DNA of 64,000 nucleotides. Origin: Nitrosopumilus sp. (GTDB taxonomy: Archaea > Thermoproteota > Nitrososphaeria > Nitrososphaerales > Nitrosopumilaceae). Location: positions 32,001 through 96,000 of the forward strand of contig OZ244651.1 of the NCBI GenBank assembly GCA_965218695.1, read 5' to 3'. The notes under the pieces are model-generated. The model searched no databases. It was not told the DNA's origin and was given only the letters and a program-made list of their open reading frames with translations. How positions within the stretch are numbered: the first letter of the stretch is position 1; every line of letters begins with the position of its first letter. Positions 30,159 to 38,588 of the stretch are shown here, in pieces. Position numbers and translations under genes: made by a program.

Positions 30159-30347
30159 CTATGTCACCTTTATGGCGTACTTGCCCTTCTTGGTAATGCC
30201 AAGGGTCTTTGAGATCTCGGAGTTTGTAGGATCCACTACGAAGACTATTCCGTTCCAGTCAGGCGTCAGATCAGAGGACTTGCAGATGGGGCATACCCTT
30301 CCGATTGTGACAAACTTGCACTTCCTGCATGCCATCTCGCGCGCCAT
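30159..30347 (-). CDS. spt4: Transcription elongation factor Spt4 (RpoE'')
   Basis: ACRKC...CPIC.S..LT.DW.G...DP..SEI...GKYAIKV. Confidence 0.93.
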   Translation of the reverse strand: MAREMACRKCKFVTIGRVCPICKSSDLTPDWNGIVFVVDPTNSEISKTLGITKKGKYAIKVT

Positions 30348-30348
30348 A

Positions 30349-30930
30349 TCAGCTTGCTCCTGCCGACTTGCCATCCTCGGCGTCTGCCTTTTCAATCTCT
30401 TCGGCGATCCAGCTGTCCGCACCCAGGAACGGCTGCCTGCACGTGATGCCAATCTTGCCCATCGTTGCGGCCTTTCCTAGCGATACGGCAGTTATTCTTG
30501 CACGGATCGTTGAGCCCACCTTGAGTGTTCTTCCGCTCTGGTTGGCCAGAATCATTCCGGACTTTACGTCGCTCTTCAGATAGTCGTCCATTACCTGTGA
30601 GAGATGGAGCAGTGCATCCGTTGGACCGATTCGGACAAACGCGCCAAAGTCGGTAATGTCGACGATCTCGCCCTGGACGATCTCCTGCAGTTTTGGATAA
30701 AATGTAAGCGCCTCGAACTGGACCTTGTGGAATGTTCCGCCATCCCCTGCAATCATTTTGCCCATGTTGTCAACCTTGGCATCCAGAATCATGATGATGT
30801 ATCCAAGCTCTGCATTAATCATGCTCTCGTACTTTTCCTTCAGTATGTTCATTGCAGCCTTCTTGAGCGTGGTCTCAAATAGGTTGGGCGGAATTCGTAC
30901 AACATCAACTAGGGTGGATATTGAAAACAC
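30349..30930 (-). CDS. rpo7: RNA polymerase subunit Rpo7 (RpoE')
   Basis: VRIPP..F, GDGG, FGAFVRIGP.DALLH.SQ (S1 domain). Confidence 0.95.
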   Translation of the reverse strand: MFSISTLVDVVRIPPNLFETTLKKAAMNILKEKYESMINAELGYIIMILDAKVDNMGKMIAGDGGTFHKVQFEALTFYPKLQEIVQGEIVDITDFGAFVRIGPTDALLHLSQVMDDYLKSDVKSGMILANQSGRTLKVGSTIRARITAVSLGKAATMGKIGITCRQPFLGADSWIAEEIEKADAEDGKSAGAS

Positions 30931-31150
30931 AGTGTGCTGTTCTCCTAAATTTCAGTTTATGAATCTTTGGATAACCGATGGGTACGCACTCAGGTCCCTT
31001 ATAAACACAGACATAATTCATTGCAAATTCGTGCCTAGAATTGTATTGGACCTGAGTGCGTACACCGATGGTCCGGGTCGGTTTAGTTGTGGCAGTTCAG
31101 AATGCGACGTCACCACAGGAGGGCCCAAGGCCAATTCCGTTGAGGCCAGA

Positions 31151-31672
31151 TCACTCCACGGTGACCAGTCCAACCATCCATGGATGAACTATGCAAAAGT
31201 AGTCATAGGTTCCTGCATCGGTAAATGTAAACTCGTACGAGTCACCTGGCGGAAGCAGTCCGGAGTCAAATATTGGCTCGGGAAACGTCTGCGGATCGCC
31301 GTACGTTACAGTGTGTGCAGCGTTGTCCTCGCTCTCCCATACAAGGGTCTCACCGGCAGAGATGGTAATGGCAGAAGGTACAAAGCACTCGTCGGCTACC
31401 TCACATCCTGGAAGGGATGTTCCTGCCGGAATGACTACGGTGGGAACGCATTGGCCCTTATGATCCAGATTGACGCGGGCCTCATCCATCACACATATGT
31501 TGTCATAGGTCCGGCCGTCAATGCCGCATACTGGATCCAGTTCTGCAGGGCAGAGCGTGGGTTCGCTGACTATGCGCGGTTGAATGACATCGTCTGGCGA
31601 GGCGGCAATGAATCCCAGGGAGATGGCAACAAGAATTCCGACTGCAGCGATTATACCATAGGAGAAATTCAT
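31151..31672 (-). CDS. Membrane-anchored Kazal-domain + cupredoxin fusion protein
   Basis: N-terminal TM/signal; CPAELDPVCGIDGRTYDN.C...H.GQC (Kazal); AHTVT...YFCIVHPWM (type-1 copper). Confidence 0.88.
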   Translation of the reverse strand: MNFSYGIIAAVGILVAISLGFIAASPDDVIQPRIVSEPTLCPAELDPVCGIDGRTYDNICVMDEARVNLDHKGQCVPTVVIPAGTSLPGCEVADECFVPSAITISAGETLVWESEDNAAHTVTYGDPQTFPEPIFDSGLLPPGDSYEFTFTDAGTYDYFCIVHPWMVGLVTVE

Positions 31673-31673
31673 C

Positions 31674-32162
31674 TTAGCCACCTGATAGTTTTGCAAACTT
31701 TTCGTTCTTACTTAACGTTTCCATGAACTGTATGTTGGATAAGGCAACTACTGCCGACTCTGCCACCGGCGCGTTAGAATCATCAAGGGCCTTTTCAAGA
31801 GTGTCCTTTGCCTCCCTTGAGCCCACCACGCCCAAGGCAATTGCGGCCTCGTGCCGTACAAACATGCTTGGATCGTTGAGGGTTGCATCACTTAATGGGG
31901 GTATGGAGCTGGAATAGCACATCTGGCCCAGCGAGAACGCGGCCTCGTGCCGTACAAGTTCGTTTTCATCATGCTTGAGAACCTGCGCGATGTACGGAAC
32001 CTTGTCCTCCCCGCCAAAATCCACCAGAATGCATGTTGCCCGCATCCTGACCACATAGTCAGAATGGTTCAGGAGGCTCACAAAATACTGGGTGTCCTCT
32101 TGCTCGTACCGGGACTCCATCTCGGCAAATATCTTCATCCGCTCGTCAGTTACAACCTGCAA
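31674..32162 (-). CDS. HEAT/PBS-lyase repeat protein
   Basis: Repeated D.N..VRHEAA..LG motifs. Confidence 0.88.
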   Translation of the reverse strand: MQVVTDERMKIFAEMESRYEQEDTQYFVSLLNHSDYVVRMRATCILVDFGGEDKVPYIAQVLKHDENELVRHEAAFSLGQMCYSSSIPPLSDATLNDPSMFVRHEAAIALGVVGSREAKDTLEKALDDSNAPVAESAVVALSNIQFMETLSKNEKFAKLSGG

Positions 32163-32212
32163 TTTATTTTGGGATTTTCAGCGGCATATATTAGGCTAAT
32201 TGAAGGCAAGTA

Positions 32213-32304
32213 GTACATACTCAGATCCCGGTATTGTCTAGGCGTAAACATGTACTGTTTTACGTATATTCACGCCTGAGTTTGAGGGGGACCTGAGTAT
32301 GTAC
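32213..32304. mobile_element. MITE-B copy 1 (92 bp, IS66-type ends)
   Basis: TIR GTACATACTCAG(A/G)TCCC. 8-bp TSD GGCAAGTA at 32205-32212 and 32305-32312. Confidence 0.92.
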
Positions 32305-32328
32305 GGCAAGTACGGATACGCCGTTCCT

Positions 32329-32364
32329 GATACCACTCCGGATACGACTCGGGATACCACTCCG
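32329..32364. repeat. 12-bp tandem repeat, 3 units
   Basis: gataccactccg gatacgactcgg gataccactccg. Confidence 0.75.
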
Positions 32365-32447
32365 GACAGCATCCGACAAGACATGCAGGTCATGCCCCAC
32401 AGTAGGGAGGAGGTATGTATTTAATGGAAAAACTATACAGCAGAACT

Positions 32448-33113
32448 ATGAGCGCAGTTATAGGCAGCAAGGTGCCAAACTTCAAGGTCTCAGAATGGGT
32501 ACAGGGAGCTCCTACAAATTTTGACCAGGAAAAGGATCACATAGTACTGTTGGAGGTGTTTCAGGTCAACTGCCCGGGCTGCTTCATGCATGCGATTCCC
32601 GAGGCAATCAGCATCTACAACAAATACAAGGATGAGGGGGTACGCGTACTGGGCATGGCCACTGCCTTTGAGGATTTCGACAACAATACGCTGGAGAATC
32701 TAAAGATGCTTGCAGAGACAGGCACTGTGATAGGAGAGACAAAAAAGGCGCTTTCCATATACGGACAGCTCAAGGATGGCGACAAGCTTGCATACAGCAT
32801 TCCGTTTCCGCTCGGGATGGACAGCCTTACAAAGACCGGAGGGGAGGTCAGCATGGAGAAGATCATGGAGTTTATCTATCCGCAGATTCCGGAGTTTGAC
32901 TCGCACTCAGAGGATTATAGAAACCAAGTCATTGAAAAGGTAAGGGACTACATGAGATCAAGGGAGTATTCTGCAGGGACCTTTGAGAAGTTTGCGTTGC
33001 GGGGAACTCCTTCGACGATCCTAGTTGACAGAAAGGGAATTCTCAGGGACGTCTCGTTTGGCCAGTCAGGGCACATCGACGGAATGATTCAAAGGCTTCT
33101 TGACGAGAACTGA
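32448..33113 (+). CDS. Thioredoxin-fold (TlpA/redoxin-like) protein
   Basis: EVFQVNCPGC, ATAFED, LRGTPS.ILVDRKG. Confidence 0.88.
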   Translation: MSAVIGSKVPNFKVSEWVQGAPTNFDQEKDHIVLLEVFQVNCPGCFMHAIPEAISIYNKYKDEGVRVLGMATAFEDFDNNTLENLKMLAETGTVIGETKKALSIYGQLKDGDKLAYSIPFPLGMDSLTKTGGEVSMEKIMEFIYPQIPEFDSHSEDYRNQVIEKVRDYMRSREYSAGTFEKFALRGTPSTILVDRKGILRDVSFGQSGHIDGMIQRLLDEN

Positions 33114-33114
33114 C

Positions 33115-33451
33115 TTATCGAATCAGGACAACTGCCACAGACAGCACAACCACTATGACAAACCCCCCGATCAGGGCAATCTTGGGATTATCCATGGTGC
33201 AGCACGTGTGCGGGGTAAAAAGAGTCTTTAATCACGAGCCGGACATCCACGGTGTTGGTATCGATATCAAACTCAAAACCATTCACGTCGGAGTTTGATG
33301 CCACCCGAACCTCATGGTCCTCTGAATCAATCTGAATATCAGATCGTGCTAGGAATCCGGGGTTTTCAGGCAGCAGCTGCTGCTGTGCATGTACGGAGGA
33401 GGCCAGAAGGAATGGTACAACTAGCAGTAGTATCAGAAATACAGGTCTCAA
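33115..33451 (-). pseudogene. Decayed surface protein (signal peptide with an out-of-frame C-terminal anchor)
   Basis: 87-aa ORF with a signal peptide; a hydrophobic tail PKIALIGGFVIVVVLSVAVVLIR* follows in another frame. Confidence 0.5.
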
Positions 33452-33452
33452 C

Positions 33453-33908
33453 CTATGCGGTTTGCGGTGCCCGCCGGTTTAATTCTTTATCCCGGGAAAT
33501 CCTGGGATGGTTGGGATCTGCCATGATGACTTCAAACCAATAGTGCTTTCCGTCCTTGTAGATAAAGTAGGAGCCCAGCAGGGTCATGTTTGGGTACCTC
33601 TCCATGACCCTTCTCTCTGCAACAGTCTTCATGTTGTCGTCTGCCTTGATTCGGGTGACTCCAAGATGTTTTGGTCTCCTGCCTCCGGTGGGCCTCTGCT
33701 TTCTCATGCCGCCGGTTCCCACCCTCATGCGGACAACGATTATGCCCTGCTTTGCCTTGTATCCCAGTCGTCTGGCCCTTTGAATCCTGCTTGGCTTTTC
33801 AATGCGGGTAATTGCGTTTTGCTTGCGCCACTTGACTATGCGCTCACGCAGTTCAGGGGCATTCTCCTTCCAGAGTCTTATCCACATCTGATCCTGATAA
33901 CTGGGCAT
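33453..33908 (-). CDS. rpl15e: 50S ribosomal protein L15e
   Basis: WRKQ..I.RIEKP.R..RARRLGYKAKQG, GRRPKH.G, AE.RV...YPN...L.SY. Confidence 0.96.
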   Translation of the reverse strand: MPSYQDQMWIRLWKENAPELRERIVKWRKQNAITRIEKPSRIQRARRLGYKAKQGIIVVRMRVGTGGMRKQRPTGGRRPKHLGVTRIKADDNMKTVAERRVMERYPNMTLLGSYFIYKDGKHYWFEVIMADPNHPRISRDKELNRRAPQTA

Positions 33909-34067
33909 AGAGTGCATGATGAAACACCCTTTAATAATTGATCTACATGGCATGGCCAGATTCTGGATCCGCCCAGACACGAATCATGCCCGGCTTTGGG
34001 CATTCCAATCATCAGGATTCATTCTGCAGAACAGCAATTATTAAGGCAACGGGAGTGTAATGAAGAG

Positions 34068-34712
34068 ATGAGTGCAATGAGGGCATTGCCAGTCATGCTC
34101 CTGCTAATCGGGACGGTCTTTACTCTGCCTGCACACGCAGAGCCATCAGTATCCATAGTAATGGAAAAGGACACGTACACGTACTGTGAAAAGTTGTTCT
34201 ATACAATTACAGTCTCAGAGGTTACAGTAGATCTTGCAATAATCCACATCATAGACGGGGATGGAAAAAGTAGCAGTGCAATCCCCATTCCAGTAACAGG
34301 CCTTCAGACCCCGGTTCCTGCTCCGTTTGCCTTTGAAAGGGAGATATTTTCTCCCGGAACATACTCGATTGATGTGACGTACTCGGGTACCCAAACCACT
34401 GCAGAGTTTGTTCTGGTTGATACTGACATAGAGTGCATTCCACAGGTAGCCAGAGAGTTCATGGCCAACTGGCTGACAGGAAACATCTCTGATGGAACTC
34501 TGGTGGATGCGTTTCAAAAATTTGTTGACGGTAGCATAATCAACATCCCGTTTGATGTTAATGGGGACAACATACACGACATTGGCATTCCAGAATGGGT
34601 AAAGAATCTCGGGTACTGGTGGATTACCGATGCCGTGTCAGACGGGGAGTTTGCCCGGGCAATCAATTATCTGGCAAGTAACGGCATCATAGGACCACGG
34701 ACCGGAATATGA
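34068..34712 (+). CDS. Secreted hypothetical protein with thaumarchaeal IP.WVK...WW C-terminal module
   Basis: Signal peptide ending AHA; IPEWVKNLGYWW...SDGEF..AINYL...GII. Confidence 0.75.
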   Translation: MSAMRALPVMLLLIGTVFTLPAHAEPSVSIVMEKDTYTYCEKLFYTITVSEVTVDLAIIHIIDGDGKSSSAIPIPVTGLQTPVPAPFAFEREIFSPGTYSIDVTYSGTQTTAEFVLVDTDIECIPQVAREFMANWLTGNISDGTLVDAFQKFVDGSIINIPFDVNGDNIHDIGIPEWVKNLGYWWITDAVSDGEFARAINYLASNGIIGPRTGI

Positions 34713-35224
34713 ACAGGTATTCAGTGATTACGGCAGTGGCAGTGGCAGTTATTGTAAGTCCGTTTGCATTCTCCGGACTGAGTATTCTGGGTGCACAACA
34801 GCTGGAGTATAGGTGGAATTCGCCTGGCGAGTTTTCATTTTTTGCACTCTCAAACCACGGGGAGGTGGAATTTTGCAACACGGTACCGTTTTGGATCAGT
34901 CTTCAAAAATTCGAGATTGCGCCATTCTATGCAGAAAACCACATGGGCACATATACTGTCGAACAGATGACCCTGAACCCGTCATCGTCAGAAGTGCAGC
35001 ATGGGACGTTCAGATCCGAGAGCTACGTAACGTCCCAGCATGTCTTTATGACCTTTGATTTCCAGTTTAATGAAGGAGCGACGAGGCTGGATCCCAATCA
35101 GTTTGTCGTGGCAGTCCAGATAAGCACGCCCATCATGGGATTCATACCATACTCTACTACAACATTCATTCCGGGATTCGACTTTGACCAATACATGAGT
35201 CAGGATGATCTGTCCTGCGCCTAG
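34709..35224 (+). CDS. Hypothetical membrane-anchored protein
   Basis: N-terminal TM; ATGA overlap with the upstream gene. Confidence 0.7.
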   Translation: MNRYSVITAVAVAVIVSPFAFSGLSILGAQQLEYRWNSPGEFSFFALSNHGEVEFCNTVPFWISLQKFEIAPFYAENHMGTYTVEQMTLNPSSSEVQHGTFRSESYVTSQHVFMTFDFQFNEGATRLDPNQFVVAVQISTPIMGFIPYSTTTFIPGFDFDQYMSQDDLSCA

Positions 35225-35982
35225 TTCCTGCGTCTGCTTATCTTTACTATGATTATGGCAAGTACTGCAATGATTCCGGCAGCTATAAAGCCTCCAACGG
35301 ATCCGGCAGCCAGATCTCCGCCTAGTCCGCGTTGGGCAGACGGTGCGGGAACACATAGGCCGTCCTCCAAAACGGTACCGTCTCCGCACCTCTCATCCAG
35401 AACACATAGGCCGTCCTCCATAATGGTACCGAAACCGCAGGTCACGGATGTGTCAGGTACGACGGGAGTCTCCAATTCCGGATCCGGATCTGCTGGCTGG
35501 TCGGGTACAGGAGTCTGAACCGGTGTCTGGTCGGGTACAGGATCGGGTGTATCACCCACCACGGGCGATAAACCAAACATGGAACCGACAATCTCTACCT
35601 CCTCGGTTCCTATTGGCAGACGGATGCTGAGAGTCCGGCTTGTAGAGTCAGTCTGGGATTCAACAAAATTTGCATTATCGCCGTCGGAAAGAACAAGGAA
35701 CCCATAATCCTGGCCGTCAATAACAGAGTCAAAGAACATGCGATCAAGGGTGATATCCAGAGTAGCCTGGGGTTCTGGAACATCAACAGTCAGTATCAGC
35801 GAGATCAAATCCAGATCAGCGGCCACACCAGATACGGTCATACCTGTTGCATCGTAAACAACATCGTATGATTCACCATTAACCTGTACTGATATGGTCT
35901 CTGCATGTGCCGGAGCGGAGAATGTCATCGCAAACAGAACCATGCCAATGACAATACCTGACAGCATACCTGCGTCCGGCAT
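35221..35982 (-). CDS. Surface protein: signal peptide, Pro-rich linker, two CG.GT..EDGLCV repeats, C-terminal TM
   Basis: Repeats CGFGTIMEDGLCV and CGDGTVLEDGLCV; TM followed by a basic tail. Confidence 0.78.
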   Translation of the reverse strand: MPDAGMLSGIVIGMVLFAMTFSAPAHAETISVQVNGESYDVVYDATGMTVSGVAADLDLISLILTVDVPEPQATLDITLDRMFFDSVIDGQDYGFLVLSDGDNANFVESQTDSTSRTLSIRLPIGTEEVEIVGSMFGLSPVVGDTPDPVPDQTPVQTPVPDQPADPDPELETPVVPDTSVTCGFGTIMEDGLCVLDERCGDGTVLEDGLCVPAPSAQRGLGGDLAAGSVGGFIAAGIIAVLAIIIVKISRRRN

Positions 35983-36143
35983 CCTTTCAGATCCGAATAC
36001 GCTATTTCTGCTTGACACGATTGTTAGCTCGCAGACAGATGTTAAAAAGAGTAAGTAGATAATTAATCACGAAGAAGTCAAGGTTTTTTACTCAGAGTCA
36101 GAACCCAAACCACATTCCATGCAGAGGATCTCCTGCAGGTGGA

Positions 36144-37076
36144 TCAGATCACGCCGCGTAGTATCTGTATGATCTTCTCGCCAATCACATTGGCGGCAAG
36201 CGACTGGGCCTCCCTTGTCTGTGCGCCTATGTGCGGGGTCAGTATTACATTGTCAAGATCGGCCAGTCTGCTTCCAAGGGCGGGTTCTGTCTCAAATACA
36301 TCCAGTGCCGCCCCACCCAGAGTGCCATTCCCGAGTGCGTCATACAGCGCATCCTCATCAACCACGCCGCCCCTTGAGGTGTTGATGACCTTGGCAGTAT
36401 TCTTCATGATGGAGATCTTTTGTGCATTCAAAAGATGGTATGTCGAATCCAGTAACGGGACATGAATCGATACATAGTCAGAGCTCTGCAGCAGGGTATC
36501 CAGATCGGCCTTCATCAGGCCCACCTCCTTGGAAAATTCAGGATCAATCGGAATTACGTCGTGCCCGATGATGTTCATGTTAAGCGCGCGTGCAAGCCTT
36601 CCCAGTCTCTTTCCAATGTTGCCCAGTCCGATTATTCCAAGATACTTTCCCCTCAGTTCCGTCCCCTTTAGCTCTTTTTTGAGCCACTGGCCGTTTCGAA
36701 CCCCCCTGTCGCCCCGGACAGTCTGCCTTGCAAGGGCCAGCATCAGTCCCAAGACCAGTTCTGCAACTGCATTCATTGCGCCCTCTACGGCATTGATTAC
36801 ACGTATGTTTCTCTCCTTGGCAGCGGCTTGATCCACATTGTCAAGACCGACACCAACCCTGGCAATAATACTGCAATTTTCGGCCTTTTGGATCATCTCC
36901 CTGGTGATGGAGGTTCTGCTTCTGACGATGACTATATGAAAACCAGCAATGATTTTTAGAATCTCCTCAGGAGTGATCTCAGGATTGTATGTAACCTTCA
37001 GGCCGTTATCCTCAAGAATCTTTTTAAGAATCGGATCCACCTCGTCGCATACAAGCACGGATTCATCAAATCCCAT
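36144..37076 (-). CDS. serA: D-3-phosphoglycerate dehydrogenase (D-2-hydroxyacid dehydrogenase family)
   Basis: IVRS.T, RVGVGLDN, GLGNIG, INTSRG, LDVF..EP, TPHIGAQT.EAQ. Confidence 0.88.
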   Translation of the reverse strand: MGFDESVLVCDEVDPILKKILEDNGLKVTYNPEITPEEILKIIAGFHIVIVRSRTSITREMIQKAENCSIIARVGVGLDNVDQAAAKERNIRVINAVEGAMNAVAELVLGLMLALARQTVRGDRGVRNGQWLKKELKGTELRGKYLGIIGLGNIGKRLGRLARALNMNIIGHDVIPIDPEFSKEVGLMKADLDTLLQSSDYVSIHVPLLDSTYHLLNAQKISIMKNTAKVINTSRGGVVDEDALYDALGNGTLGGAALDVFETEPALGSRLADLDNVILTPHIGAQTREAQSLAANVIGEKIIQILRGVI

Positions 37077-37277
37077 GGACTAGCCAAACAAGATACTGAA
37101 TATAAGTATGTGTTTGAGGGGTTGCATCAGGCGGGACATATGGACATTCACGCCCATCCCTGACCGGAATCCGTGCGTCCGTGCGTTCCGGCAAAGTTAT
37201 CAGAAGGCCCGGGTGTTTGATCTGGACCCCTGTTTTTGGTACCACTTTTTGCATCTTTTTCCGAATAATCCTGCCTC

Positions 37278-38111
37278 TCATTTATTCCCAACCTCCATCT
37301 TGCCTACAAACTCATCAGGTGTAAGATATCCCAGCGCCGAATGGATCCTGTCCTTGTTGTAGTCCTCAAAGGCCTTTGCAAGCACGACCTCGGCATCCTG
37401 AAAGCGTGCAAATTCATGCGGCCAGATGTACTCCCTCTTGAGCGTCCCGTGGAATGACTCCACGTGTCCGTTCTGCTCCGGCGTCTGCTTCCAGATGAAC
37501 TCGTGTCTTATCCCCAGTGCCTGCATGGCCTTTTTGAATTCGCGGCTGCTGTACTGGGAACCGTTGTCGGTCCTGAGCCTCAGGTTTGAGATCTCTCCTG
37601 CAGACGACACCGCCTTTAGCACCGATTGCACTGCCGTGTGGGCAGGAGCCGTGGTGTCAAACATGTACGCCACCCACTTTCTGGTGAACACGTCAAGGAC
37701 GTTGAAACAGTAGCACCATCCATCAATCCCGCAGTGGATGTACGTTATGTCAGTCTCCCATAGCTGGTTGGGTGCGGTGGGCTTGAACCTCCTGCGCCTT
37801 GAGGCACGAATGATGTCGTTTTTAGTCTTTTTGGGCTCGATCCAGCCTATTTTGTGATATATTCGCTGTATTCTCTTGCGATTTGTTGGAATGTTTGTCT
37901 CCCTGGTGACCTGCGCTGCCATGCGCCTGGTTCCGTACGTGGGACGCTTGGAGGCTATGGTTCTTACCACGTCAACCACGTCCGGGTCCATGGCCACGTC
38001 TCTTGGCTTCTTGGTGTAGTACCAGGCATGCTTGGACATGCCGCAGTACTGCAGGGCCTTGTTCAGGCTCATACGCTTGCTTACATCACTGATGGCCTGC
38101 ATCTTCATCAC
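37278..38111 (-). CDS. IS3 OrfB (integrase-like DDE domain)
   Basis: YG.RR, PNQLWETDITYI, TDNGSQY, ESFHGTLKRE, RIHSALGYLTP. Confidence 0.95.
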   Translation of the reverse strand: MMKMQAISDVSKRMSLNKALQYCGMSKHAWYYTKKPRDVAMDPDVVDVVRTIASKRPTYGTRRMAAQVTRETNIPTNRKRIQRIYHKIGWIEPKKTKNDIIRASRRRRFKPTAPNQLWETDITYIHCGIDGWCYCFNVLDVFTRKWVAYMFDTTAPAHTAVQSVLKAVSSAGEISNLRLRTDNGSQYSSREFKKAMQALGIRHEFIWKQTPEQNGHVESFHGTLKREYIWPHEFARFQDAEVVLAKAFEDYNKDRIHSALGYLTPDEFVGKMEVGNK

Positions 38112-38386
38112 TTTGTTCCCTCCAAAGTTTTTTTTAAAATATCGTTGGCTACGGTGATCTCACCGATTATGCGCTTGAGGTTTTCCACCTCTGCCAAATG
38201 GTTTTTGGCCGCATCTCCCCTGTTTATGAGAGCATGTTTGCCTCCCTGCAGGAACTTGCCCTTCCAGTCCTGAAAGGTTGCAGGAGATATGTTGTGCTTT
38301 CGGCACAGCTCGGCAGCCGGCACATTGGTGGTAAAAAATTCCATCACTATCATGACCTTGTCTTGTGGACTTCGCCTCTTGCTCAT
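38108..38386 (-). CDS. IS3 OrfA (HTH + leucine zipper)
   Basis: AELCRKHNIS...F..W...F, ENLKRIIGE...ILKK; A8 slippery run near its end. Confidence 0.9.
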   Translation of the reverse strand: MSKRRSPQDKVMIVMEFFTTNVPAAELCRKHNISPATFQDWKGKFLQGGKHALINRGDAAKNHLAEVENLKRIIGEITVANDILKKTLEGTK

Positions 38387-38564
38387 GCCCTTCCCTCGAC
38401 CCCCTGCTCCAAAAAACATTCGGATTTGATCGGTCTCATTCTAGCGGGGTCCGGCCCATGTTGGGCATGGCCGGAAGTCATACAGACAGGGAAATCGGAT
38501 TGCGTTCAATTCAAGGCAGGGGTGCCTGTCAGAATAAGCCGTACGCAAGGCGTGGCTGAAGGAC

Positions 38565-38580
38565 AAAAAAAGTAAAAAAG
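38565..38580 (-). terminator. U-rich archaeal terminator candidate downstream of nirK
   Basis: CTTTTTTACTTTTTTT on the minus strand, about 10 nt after the nirK stop. Confidence 0.55.
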
Positions 38581-38588
38581 TATGATCA

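Larger units (their letters stand above)
37218..38458 (-). mobile_element. IS3-family element
   Basis: TG...CA ends (TGATCTGGACCCC / TGGGCCGGACCCC). 4-bp TSD TGTT at 37214-37217 and 38459-38462. Confidence 0.9.

Noticed and set aside
29578-30480. 300-aa + strand ORF
   Set aside because: Antisense to nadC, spt4 and rpo7.
30725-31726. 333-aa + strand ORF
   Set aside because: Antisense to rpo7 and the Kazal-cupredoxin gene; no domain features.
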